The notes beneath the pieces were generated by a model. The model had not been told where the DNA came from and did no database searches. It saw only the letters and a program-made list of their open reading frames with translations. DNA of 32,200 bases from Acidobacteriota bacterium (GTDB lineage Bacteria; Acidobacteriota; Terriglobia; 20CM-2-55-15). Positions within the stretch are counted from its first letter, which is position 1. Each line of letters opens with the position of its first letter. The position numbers and the translations under genes were made by a program. The stretch is from assembly GCA_003223895.1 (NCBI GenBank), contig QHXD01000004.1:866-33065 (forward strand), given 5' to 3'. Below, in pieces: positions 23,635 to 31,595 of this stretch.

Positions 23635-26019
23635 ATGTCTGACGAAAGTTATAACCCTGCAGAGACCGAACCGAAGTGGCGTGAATACTGGATTTCAAAC
23701 CACCTGCACGAGGCGCGCGACGACGATCCCCGGCCCAAATATTACTGTCTTGATATGTTTCCCTATCCCTCCGGCTCAGGACTGCACGTAGGGCACTGGC
23801 GAAGCTACGTTCTGCCGGACTGCTGGTCGCGATATAAACGATTGCAAGGTTTCAACGTACTCCATCCTATGGGGTGGGACGCCTTCGGCTCCCCTGCGGA
23901 GAATGACGCCATTCAAAAGGGGATTCATCCGCGCGTCGGTACCCAGCGCAACATCGAGAACTTCAAACGTCAGTTGCACGAGATCGGCGCGATGTACGAC
24001 TGGTCGCGCGAGGTCAACACAACCGATCCGGACTACTACAAGTGGACGCAGTGGATCTTCGTGAAAATGTTCAAAGCCGGCCTTGCCTATAAGACGTATA
24101 TGCCGGTGAACTGGTGCCCAAGCTGCAAAACCGGCATCGCCAACGAAGACGTCGTCAACGGCCGATGCGAGCGCTGCGGTACGGAAGTCACGAAAAAAGA
24201 ACTGAACCAGTGGATGCTGCGTATTACCAAGTACGCCGACAGGCTGCTGGAAGGTCTCCAGAAGCTGGACTGGCCGGAAAAGGTCAAGACCATGCAGACC
24301 AACTGGATCGGCCGTTCTGAAGGCGCCGTAGTCACATTTACCGCGATCGCAGCCGATGGTACCGAGCACCCGTTGAAGATTTTCACAACCCGTCCGGACA
24401 CGCTGTTCGGGGCCACATACATGGTCATGGCGCCCGAGCATCCGTTGGTGCCGGAGCTCACCTCGCCCGCTCAGGCCAGGAACGTTCAGGCTTATGTCGA
24501 GACAGTGAAGCATGAGAAGGACATCGATCGCGCCGCCAACATCGAGAAGACCGGTGTTTTCACGGGCGCGTATGCGCTCAATCCGGTCAATGGCGAGAAG
24601 ATTCCGATATGGATCGCCGACTACGTTTTGATGGCTTACGGCACGGGTGCAATCATGGCCGTACCCGCGCACGACGAACGCGACTACGAGTTCGCAAAGA
24701 AGTTCGGCCTGGAAATCCGGGAAGTGATTTCCTCAAAGCAGGGCATTGATAAGGAGGCGTTTATCGGTGAAGGAACGATGATCAACTCCGGGCAGTTCAC
24801 CGGAACGCCATCCGATGAAGGGCGCAAGGCCATCGTTCGCTGGCTCGAAAGCAAGGAACTCGGCAGCGCGACGGTCAACTACAAGCTGCGGGATTGGGTC
24901 TTTTCGCGCCAGCGGTACTGGGGCGAGCCGATTCCCATCATTCATTGCTCGATTAATTGCGGTCTGGTTCCCGTTCCTGAAAGCGATTTGCCGGTTCAAT
25001 TGCCCGATGTCGAGCGGTATCAACCGACAGGAACTGGAGAATCGCCGTTGGCCGCCATCAAGGACTGGGTGAACGTGAAGTGTCCCAACTGCGGAAACCC
25101 GGCCGAGCGCGAAACCGATACGATGCCCCAATGGGCCGGGTCCTCCTGGTACTTCCTGCGCTATGCGTCACCGAAAGCGAAGGACGCTCTGATCACTGAA
25201 AAAGGAAAGGAGTGGTTGCCGGTCGATCTGTACGTCGGAGGCGTCGAGCACGCGATTCTGCACCTGCTTTACGCCCGTTTTTACACCATGTTCCTGCACG
25301 ATATCGGCGTCGTGGATTTCGACGAACCGTTCGAGCGGTTGTTCAACCAGGGAATGATCACGCATGTCGGCAAGAGCGGGAAAGCCGAGAAGATGTCGAA
25401 GTCGAAGGGCAATGTTGTGAATCCCGACGATCTTGTCCGGCAGTTTGGATGTGACTCGCTTCGCATGTATGAATTGTTCGTCGGGCAGCCCGAACTCGAC
25501 GCCGAGTGGAACGACCATGGCATAGAGGGTGTATACCGATTCCTGAAACGTGCCTGGCATTGGACATTGATGCACAACGGCCGGTGGAACGCCTCTCCTC
25601 CCCGGGAGATGCTCGTTCAACGACACCTGTTAATAAAGAATGTCACCGAGCGCCTGGAGACGTTTCGCATGAATACGATCGTCAGCTCGTTTACCGTTGA
25701 GGCGTTTCTGGTTGCGATTGCGCCGTTCGTGCCGCACTTTGCGGAAGAGCTGTGGCAGCGGACGGGGCATCAACCGTCGATCTTTCTGCAGAAATGGCCG
25801 AAGTGGGATGAGGCGTACACCACGTTCGATACGGTTACGGTTGCCGTGCAGGTCAATGGAAAGCTTCGCGGGACGGTCGTCGTCAAAGCGGAAGCGCCGG
25901 AAGAGTCGGTCCTCGAGGCCGCGACGAAGGATCCCACCATTACCCGTTTCCTGGACGGGAAGCAGATCCGTAAGAAGGTCTATGTTAAGAACAGGATTCT
26001 GAACCTGGTAGTGGGGTAA
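23635..26019 (+). CDS. leuS: Leucine--tRNA ligase
   Basis: Trimmed to ATG 23635 (MSDESYNPAETEPKWREYW... is the standard LeuS N-terminus). HIGH-type motif PYPSGSGLHVGH, CP1 editing domain (TTRPDTLFGATY.V.APEH), zinc motifs CxxC...CxxC, KMSKS, and the C-terminal domain ...VQVNGKLRG. Confidence 0.95.
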   Translation: MSDESYNPAETEPKWREYWISNHLHEARDDDPRPKYYCLDMFPYPSGSGLHVGHWRSYVLPDCWSRYKRLQGFNVLHPMGWDAFGSPAENDAIQKGIHPRVGTQRNIENFKRQLHEIGAMYDWSREVNTTDPDYYKWTQWIFVKMFKAGLAYKTYMPVNWCPSCKTGIANEDVVNGRCERCGTEVTKKELNQWMLRITKYADRLLEGLQKLDWPEKVKTMQTNWIGRSEGAVVTFTAIAADGTEHPLKIFTTRPDTLFGATYMVMAPEHPLVPELTSPAQARNVQAYVETVKHEKDIDRAANIEKTGVFTGAYALNPVNGEKIPIWIADYVLMAYGTGAIMAVPAHDERDYEFAKKFGLEIREVISSKQGIDKEAFIGEGTMINSGQFTGTPSDEGRKAIVRWLESKELGSATVNYKLRDWVFSRQRYWGEPIPIIHCSINCGLVPVPESDLPVQLPDVERYQPTGTGESPLAAIKDWVNVKCPNCGNPAERETDTMPQWAGSSWYFLRYASPKAKDALITEKGKEWLPVDLYVGGVEHAILHLLYARFYTMFLHDIGVVDFDEPFERLFNQGMITHVGKSGKAEKMSKSKGNVVNPDDLVRQFGCDSLRMYELFVGQPELDAEWNDHGIEGVYRFLKRAWHWTLMHNGRWNASPPREMLVQRHLLIKNVTERLETFRMNTIVSSFTVEAFLVAIAPFVPHFAEELWQRTGHQPSIFLQKWPKWDEAYTTFDTVTVAVQVNGKLRGTVVVKAEAPEESVLEAATKDPTITRFLDGKQIRKKVYVKNRILNLVVG

Positions 26020-26030
26020 AAGTACCAGTC

Positions 26031-26156
26031 AGCACGTGGCCGCGGGCTTTAATTCGGGGACAGACGCATAAATCACCTAATTACCTTAAGTCACCATTGA
26101 TTGTAATTAGGTGATTTATGCGTCTGTCCCCGAATTAAAGCCCGCGGCCACGTGCT
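26031..26156. repeat. 126-bp palindrome: hairpin element copy B nested in a locus-specific GC-rich stem (54-bp perfect arms, 18-nt loop)
   Basis: 26031-26084 (AGCACGTGGCCGCGGGCTTTAATTCGGGGACAGACGCATAAATCACCTAATTAC) is the exact reverse complement of 26103-26156. The inner 34 nt of each arm equal copy A apart from one compensated position. The element lies between leuS (stop 26019) and mscL (the stop codon shares nt 26156). Confidence 0.92.
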
Positions 26157-26602
26157 TAACTCGCCTTTTCCAGCAAGACCTGGGACGTGCAGTTCGGGCA
26201 CCTGGTAGCCTTCAGCGGTATCAGCGACACACAATACGGGCATTCCTTCGTAGTGACGGCCGCGGCTGCGGGCTGGGCTCTCAGTTTATTGATCTGCCGG
26301 ACTAACAAAAACACCGCAAATGCCACGATCAGGAAGTCCATGATCGAATTAATGAACAGGCCGTAGTTGATGGTCGCGGCGCCGGCCGCCTTGGCTTCGG
26401 CCAGTGTAGCGTGGTGCGCACCCGACAGGTCGATAAACAAATTCGAAAAATCCACCTTGCCAAGAACACGACCGATCGGCGGCATGAGCAAATCGCTAAC
26501 GAACGACGTTACAATCTTCCCGAACGCGGCGCCGATGACCACGCCCACGGCGAGATCCAGCACGTTTCCTTTTACCGCGAATTCTTTAAAATCTTTCAGC
26601 AT
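26156..26602 (-). CDS. mscL: Large-conductance mechanosensitive channel with C-terminal CxxC...CxxC extension
   Basis: Trimmed to ATG 26602 ([38 protein letters not shown]......DFS.L...... is the canonical MscL N-terminus/TM1). 148 aa. The tail is [24 protein letters not shown]. Confidence 0.9.
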   Translation of the reverse strand: MLKDFKEFAVKGNVLDLAVGVVIGAAFGKIVTSFVSDLLMPPIGRVLGKVDFSNLFIDLSGAHHATLAEAKAAGAATINYGLFINSIMDFLIVAFAVFLLVRQINKLRAQPAAAAVTTKECPYCVSLIPLKATRCPNCTSQVLLEKAS

Positions 26603-26612
26603 AGTGGCACCC

Positions 26613-27905
26613 TCATTCCACTCCAGCGAGCGACAATAAGATGCCCAGTGCAACATTGATTCCTTTCACGCTCGCCGGTTTTTCCACATCGATCCATTCG
26701 TCCAATGCATGAGCCCGGCCACCCCGGCCACCCGAATCGATAGTGATGGCAGGAATCCCCATACTGATGGGAATGTTCGAATCGGTGCTGCTCATGCTGT
26801 AGTACGGAGTCATACCAAAGCCTTTGATGACGGCCGTGGCGGTCTGAACAATTGGAGCGCTAATCGGTATTTCTCCGGAAGGGCGGTCACCGATCAGCTT
26901 CATGTCCATCTCGATCCTGCCTTGACCGGTAGATCTTGCCCTGTTCTCCTCGTCCGCTGCTTCGTGCATTAACCCGAGGAGCGTTTCTGCCGCCTTATTC
27001 AATTCCTCCCGCGATTCCGACCGTATGTCGACTTCCATCCATGCCTCATAAGGAATTGAGTTGACCGAGGTTCCACCGCCGACAACGCCGACGTTGAAAG
27101 TCGTTCGAGGCCGCACCGGGACCTGCATCTTCGAGAACTTATTAATGGCGTTACCCAGAGCGAATGCAGGATTCACAATTCCGAATGCGCCGTAGCTGTG
27201 TCCGCCGGGCCCTCTAAAAGTCACCTTGTATCTTTTGCTTCCGAGGGCGCCATTGCTGACCTCATTGCCGGCACCGGTACCGTCCATGGAGATGAACATT
27301 TTGATTCTGTCTTTATACGGGCCCTTCTGAAACAGGTACTTCATCCCGCGCAGGTCGCCCGGGCCTTCTTCGCCAACGTCGCCGACAAACAGGATGTCGC
27401 TTGCAGTCCGGATCTTCGCGGCGTCCATCGCGCGGATCATCGCAAGCAGGACGGCGAGAGCGCGCGAGTCATCTCCGATTCCCGCCGCTGACAGCCTCGT
27501 GCCCGTGCGTTTCACTTTGACATTGGTTCCTTCCGGAAAAACCGTGTCCAGATGGGCGGCGATGGCGATGAGTGGGGCTCCGCGAGTGCCTTTCCGGATG
27601 CCCATCACGTTGCCCTCCGCGTCCATTTCGACATTCACCAGGCCGGCTTGCCGCAGCATTTCCAGATATGCCGTGCCGCGCTTCTCTTCTTTGAACGGAG
27701 GCGCTTCAATCTCGGTGATCTGGATAGTCTCGCTAATGATGCGATCGTGATCCTTGTCGATGAAATCCTCGGCGGATTGGAATTTCGGATTATTCAGCAC
27801 ACGCTGGAGATCGGGGGCCTGAGCCCGGACAAAACCAGAGAACAGAAGCCAGGCGGCGATGGACCCGGCAATGCAGGCGCCGGCTTTAGCCGGCGCGGTC
27901 TTCAT
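26613..27905 (-). CDS. Exported M20-family metallopeptidase (peptidase T/M20A-like)
   Basis: About 430 aa. ...IEAPPF.E..R..Y......GL..V..D..GNV.G...G......I...AHLDTVFP ... AGIGDD..A......... and VGEEG.GDL.G ... indicate a dinuclear metal-site pattern (H, D, E-E). The signal-like N-terminus is [33 protein letters not shown] 27905 is preferred (GGAGG 11 nt upstream) over ATG 27926; either start overlaps the pyrC 3' end. Confidence 0.8.
   Translation of the reverse strand: MKTAPAKAGACIAGSIAAWLLFSGFVRAQAPDLQRVLNNPKFQSAEDFIDKDHDRIISETIQITEIEAPPFKEEKRGTAYLEMLRQAGLVNVEMDAEGNVMGIRKGTRGAPLIAIAAHLDTVFPEGTNVKVKRTGTRLSAAGIGDDSRALAVLLAMIRAMDAAKIRTASDILFVGDVGEEGPGDLRGMKYLFQKGPYKDRIKMFISMDGTGAGNEVSNGALGSKRYKVTFRGPGGHSYGAFGIVNPAFALGNAINKFSKMQVPVRPRTTFNVGVVGGGTSVNSIPYEAWMEVDIRSESREELNKAAETLLGLMHEAADEENRARSTGQGRIEMDMKLIGDRPSGEIPISAPIVQTATAVIKGFGMTPYYSMSSTDSNIPISMGIPAITIDSGGRGGRAHALDEWIDVEKPASVKGINVALGILLSLAGVE
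27875..27896. repeat. GC-rich TTTA-loop hairpin spanning the pyrC stop codon and the first codons of the M20 gene; 21-nt exact repeat of 2553-2573
   Basis: Stem GCGCCGGC (27877-27884) / GCCGGCGC (27889-27896) with a TTTA loop. The pyrC TAA (27888-27886 on the minus strand) lies in the loop. AGGCGCCGGCTTTAGCCGGCG is identical to 2553-2573. Confidence 0.7.
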
Positions 27906-29154
27906 AAACAACTTTTCCTCCGACAATGGTTCCCACGGCCTTTCCTTTCATCTGCCAGCCATGAAATGGGGAATTCCGGCTAAGTGATCGGGACTTATTG
28001 ACGTCGAACGTCCAGCTTCGATTGAGATCAAGCACTGTAAGATCCGCTTCGCTTCCCTCGAAGAGGCCCCAGGGCGCTACTCTCATGATTTTCTGCGCGT
28101 TTGTCGAGAATAATTCGATGAGACGTCCAATGGGAAGCTGAAGCTTCGTCAGCGCCAGGCCGACTGCTGTTTCCAGACCGGTAATTCCAAACGGCGCGAG
28201 ATCGAATTCCAGCATCTTGAGGTTGATGTGATGGGGGGCGTGATCGCTGGCAATAGCGTCGATGGTACCGTCGCGGATTCCATCCAGGACGGCATCCACA
28301 TCGTCGGCGGTTCGGAGCGGTGGATTCATTTTCGCGTTCGTATCGTATTCCGCGACAGCCGCATCCGTGAGCGTGAAGTGGTGGGGAGTGACCTCGGCGG
28401 AAATCCGCAGCCCCCGGACCTTCGCCGCGCGAACCATTTCAACCGAGCGCCGCGTGCTGAGATGGGCCACGTGGTACTTGCCGCCGGTCATTTCGGCGAG
28501 AATGAGGTCGCGCGAGACCATCGTCTCCTCGGCGGCAGCCGGAATACCCTTCAGGCCCAGCCGAGTGGAATACACGCCCTCGTGCATGACGCCGCCCTTC
28601 GAAAGGTGCAGGTCCTCGCAATGCTGAATGACCGGTATGTCGAACATCTGCGAGTACTCGAGAGCGCGTCGAAAGAGCTGGGCATCCATCACAGGCTTGC
28701 CGTCATCGGAAATTCCGACGACTCCCGCTTCGAACATTTCGCCGATTTCCGCCAGCGTCTCGCCCTTTTGCTCTTTCGTGATGGCGCCAATGGGAAAAAT
28801 CCGGGCCGGAGACGAGCGCCGCGCCTCAGAGAGGATGTAGTGCGTGATGGAGGGATTGTCGTTGGAAGGCTTCGTGTTCGGCATCGGGGCGACTGCCGTG
28901 AACCCGCCTGCGACCGCGGCGTTGCCACCGGTGGCAATCGTTTCGGCTTCTTCGGTTCCGGGCTCGCGCAAATGGACATGGATATCAAAGAATCCCGGGG
29001 CGACGATCAGTCCTGTGGCATCGAATATCGGAAGGTCGGAAACACTGCCGTCACCGAGCGCCCGGATCTTCCCGGCACGAATTACAACGTTGGTAACAGT
29101 ATCGACGCCGCGCGCCGGATCCACCAGCCTCGCATTCTTTACGAGCAGGTCCAT
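27886..29154 (-). CDS. pyrC: Dihydroorotase (class I, allantoinase-like)
   Basis: 422 aa. ...PGFFDIHVHLREPG.E..ET..TG..AA..GGFT.V..MPNT.P ... ISDDG.PV ... V.QHCED ... Y.VAHLST..S.E.V..AK..G......EV.PHH..L.D ......KMNPPLR...D..A......DG.ID.IA.DHAPH. The ATG overlaps the pyrB stop by 1 nt. Confidence 0.92.
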   Translation of the reverse strand: MDLLVKNARLVDPARGVDTVTNVVIRAGKIRALGDGSVSDLPIFDATGLIVAPGFFDIHVHLREPGTEEAETIATGGNAAVAGGFTAVAPMPNTKPSNDNPSITHYILSEARRSSPARIFPIGAITKEQKGETLAEIGEMFEAGVVGISDDGKPVMDAQLFRRALEYSQMFDIPVIQHCEDLHLSKGGVMHEGVYSTRLGLKGIPAAAEETMVSRDLILAEMTGGKYHVAHLSTRRSVEMVRAAKVRGLRISAEVTPHHFTLTDAAVAEYDTNAKMNPPLRTADDVDAVLDGIRDGTIDAIASDHAPHHINLKMLEFDLAPFGITGLETAVGLALTKLQLPIGRLIELFSTNAQKIMRVAPWGLFEGSEADLTVLDLNRSWTFDVNKSRSLSRNSPFHGWQMKGKAVGTIVGGKVVYEDRAG

Positions 29155-30083
29155 CAGCCCCCCAGCAGCAGATACAGAATGGACATACGCACGGCAACGC
29201 CCGCGGCCACCTGATCCAGAATCACCGAGTATGGACCGTCCGCGACGTCGGTTGCGATCTCCACGCCGCGATTCATCGGGCCGGGATGCATGATGATCAC
29301 GTCTGGCTTCGCCTGTTCTACGCGCCGCCGGCTGAGCCCGAAGTATCGGAAGTATTCCCGAATCGATGGGAAAAACGACTCGTTCATCCTCTCAAATTGC
29401 ACACGAAGCATCATGATGACGTCGGCAGCTCGCACGGCTTCGTCCATGGAATTCGTCGTATGAAGGAAGTGGCGGTTTTCGCAGACCATGTGTTGGACGC
29501 CCTGGGGCATCAATGTCGGCGTGGAGCAGAGCCACACGTGTGTGCCGAACTTTGTAAGCAGGTGCACATTGGAGCGGGCCACGCGGCTATGAGCGACATC
29601 ACCGATGATGGCCACTTTCAGATCATCCAGCCGGCCCTTTCGCATGCGGATCGTAAAGGCATCGAGTAATGCCTGCGTCGGATGTTCATGCGCGCCGTCG
29701 CCGGCATTGATGATGGAAGCCTTTGTGAGCCTCGCGAGCGTATTCGGCGCTCCCGAGGAAGAGTGCCTGATGACGACGCAGTCCGCCGCCATCGCATCCA
29801 GCGTTTTCGCGGTATCAATCAGCGTCTCGCCTTTCGACACGCTGCTGGTCGAGGCAGACACGTTCACAACGTCTGCCGAAAGCCGCTTCCCGGCGATTTC
29901 AAATGATGTCCGGGTTCGGGTTGAGGCTTCAAAAAACAGATTGATGATGGTCTTGCCGCGTAGTGTGGGAACTTTCTTGATGGGACGTGTCGAAACCTCT
30001 TGGAATGATTCTGCGGTGTCGAGAATTTCCAAAATCTCTTCGCGATCGAGGTCTTGAATTCCCAGCAGGTGTTTTCGCGTCAT
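29154..30083 (-). CDS. pyrB: Aspartate carbamoyltransferase catalytic subunit
   Basis: 309 aa. ...FFE.STRTR.SFE.A.KRL.A......STSS..KGE.L.DT..T..AM......IRH...GA ... [16 protein letters not shown] ... [15 protein letters not shown] ... MHPGP.NRGVEI. These are the canonical ATCase motifs. Confidence 0.95.
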   Translation of the reverse strand: MTRKHLLGIQDLDREEILEILDTAESFQEVSTRPIKKVPTLRGKTIINLFFEASTRTRTSFEIAGKRLSADVVNVSASTSSVSKGETLIDTAKTLDAMAADCVVIRHSSSGAPNTLARLTKASIINAGDGAHEHPTQALLDAFTIRMRKGRLDDLKVAIIGDVAHSRVARSNVHLLTKFGTHVWLCSTPTLMPQGVQHMVCENRHFLHTTNSMDEAVRAADVIMMLRVQFERMNESFFPSIREYFRYFGLSRRRVEQAKPDVIIMHPGPMNRGVEIATDVADGPYSVILDQVAAGVAVRMSILYLLLGG

Positions 30084-30098
30084 TGGCGCAATTTGCGG

Positions 30099-30641
30099 TT
30101 ACGTTTTCTCCATCACATAAATAGCGTCTTCACCGTCGATCTCCGTCAACTTCACTTCGACAACCTCGTTATCTTTTGTCGTGATCTTCTTTCCGATGAA
30201 ATTGGCTTCAATGGGCAGTTCGCGATGCCCACGATCGATCAGGACTGCGAGTTGAATCGTGCGCATCCGTCCAAAATCGCAAAGCGCGTCGAGCGCAGCG
30301 CGGATGGTTCGTCCCGTGTACAGCACATCGTCAACGAGAACGACGTCCCTGTCGTCGATGTTCGGAGGTATATCGGTTCTTCTGACGACCGGTTGGAAAG
30401 CCACGCGGGTGAGATCGTCGCGATAGAGATTGATGTCGAGTGTTCCGATTTGCGGTTTCGTCTGAGTTTTCTCGGCCATTCGCATCGCCATGCGCCGGGC
30501 CATTGGAACGCCACGCCGTTGAATACCGAGCAGTACCAGTGGGCGGCCATCGTTCGCTTTCAGGATTTCCTCCGCCATGTGATCGAGCGTGGCGGTCAAC
30601 TCTGCGGGCTTCATCAACTGGTAGTTGAGCTTCAATGGCAT
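30099..30641 (-). CDS. pyrR: Bifunctional pyrimidine operon regulator / uracil phosphoribosyltransferase PyrR
   Basis: 180 aa. ...L.GI..RG...A.R.A........P.G.LDI.LYRDDL ........ V.LVDDVLYTGRT.RAALDAL.D.GR...IQLAVL.DRGHRELPI.A.F.GK... includes the PRPP-binding motif. Confidence 0.9.
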   Translation of the reverse strand: MPLKLNYQLMKPAELTATLDHMAEEILKANDGRPLVLLGIQRRGVPMARRMAMRMAEKTQTKPQIGTLDINLYRDDLTRVAFQPVVRRTDIPPNIDDRDVVLVDDVLYTGRTIRAALDALCDFGRMRTIQLAVLIDRGHRELPIEANFIGKKITTKDNEVVEVKLTEIDGEDAIYVMEKT

Positions 30642-30674
30642 GGCGGCCGAAATTATATGCTAGATTGACCGGAT
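30642..30674. promoter_or_regulatory. 33-nt divergent pyrR / pyrD control region with back-to-back -10 boxes; no room for a PyrR-type leader
   Basis: The intergenic region is GGCGGCCGAAATTATATGCTAGATTGACCGGAT. Minus strand: TATAAT (30657-30652) ends 10 nt before the pyrR ATG. Plus strand: TGc-TAGATT (30658-30666) ends 8 nt before the pyrD ATG 30675. Neither gene has an SD. Pattern only. Confidence 0.35.
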
Positions 30675-31595
30675 ATGGGTCAGCCTCCGGACCTTGCGGT
30701 TGAAATAGCAGGTATCCGCCTGAGCAATCCCGTTATTGCTGCCAGTGGCACGTTTGGCTACGGAGAAGAGTTCGAACGATTCGCGGATTTACGGCGAATC
30801 GGCGGCATCGCAGTGAAGGGAACCTCGGCTCGACCCATCGATGGCAATCCTCCGCCGAGGCTTCATCCCACACCTTCAGGGATGCTCAACTCCATCGGTC
30901 TGGAGAATGTCGGCGTCGATGCATTCATACGAGACAAGATGCCATTTCTCCGGCAAGCCGGCTCTGCCGTGATCGTCAACGTATTCGGTTTCACGGAGGA
31001 TGAGTACGCCGAAGTCGTGGACAAGCTCAACACATGCGATGGGATCGCTGCTTACGAACTAAACATTTCCTGCCCGAATACCAGGCATGGCGGCATGGTC
31101 TTCGGACAGAGTCCTGATTCCACCCTTCAGCTCACAAAAATGTTGAAGGCTCGCTCCCGGCGTCCGGTTATCGTGAAGCTCTCGCCCAACGTGACCGATA
31201 TCGTCGACCTCGCGCGGGCCGCAGAAGCGGGCGGAGCGGACGCTCTCACGGTCGCGAACACTTTCCTGGCGATGGCCATCGATACGGACACCTTCAAGCC
31301 GCGCATCTATACGATCACCGGCGGTCTTTCGGGTCCGGCCATTCGGCCAATCACATTACGCATGGTGTATCAATGCGCACGGGCCGTGAAAATTCCCATC
31401 ATTGGGTTAGGCGGTATTGTCAGCGCCGAGGATGCCGTAGAATACTTTCTTGCAGGAGCATCGGCAATTCAGGTCGGCACGGCGAATTTCTACGATCCAC
31501 GCGCGCCACTGCATGTTCTGGAGGGTTTGGAAAAATGGCTGAAAAAGAAGGGGCTGTCCTCGATAAAGGATCTCGTCGGTCAAATGAAGCAATGA
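30675..31595 (+). CDS. pyrD: Dihydroorotate dehydrogenase, class 1 (Cys active-site base; 1B-type catalytic subunit-like)
   Basis: 306 aa. ...L.NPV..ASGTFGYG.E...........G....KG.S..P..GNP.PR......GMLNSIGL.N.G ... ELN.SCPN ... KL.PNV.D.......A...GAD....NT ... GGLSGPAI.P...R.V......V..PIIG.GGI....DA.E....GA.A.QVGTA. No pyrK-like gene follows it. Confidence 0.9.
   Translation: MGQPPDLAVEIAGIRLSNPVIAASGTFGYGEEFERFADLRRIGGIAVKGTSARPIDGNPPPRLHPTPSGMLNSIGLENVGVDAFIRDKMPFLRQAGSAVIVNVFGFTEDEYAEVVDKLNTCDGIAAYELNISCPNTRHGGMVFGQSPDSTLQLTKMLKARSRRPVIVKLSPNVTDIVDLARAAEAGGADALTVANTFLAMAIDTDTFKPRIYTITGGLSGPAIRPITLRMVYQCARAVKIPIIGLGGIVSAEDAVEYFLAGASAIQVGTANFYDPRAPLHVLEGLEKWLKKKGLSSIKDLVGQMKQ

Noticed and set aside
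16172-26156. CRISPR array interpretation of the repeated 34-nt sequence.
   Set aside because: There are only two loci, about 10 kb apart. Each is a single self-complementary unit rather than direct repeats interleaved with spacers, and no cas genes are in the window.
30084-30674. Search for a PyrR-binding leader or attenuator (AGUCCAGAGAGG-like loop with a terminator) upstream of pyrR, pyrB or pyrD.
   Set aside because: I could see no such motif or terminator/antiterminator pair. The non-coding spaces are only 33 and 15 nt. The absence is reported as a finding rather than annotated as a feature.
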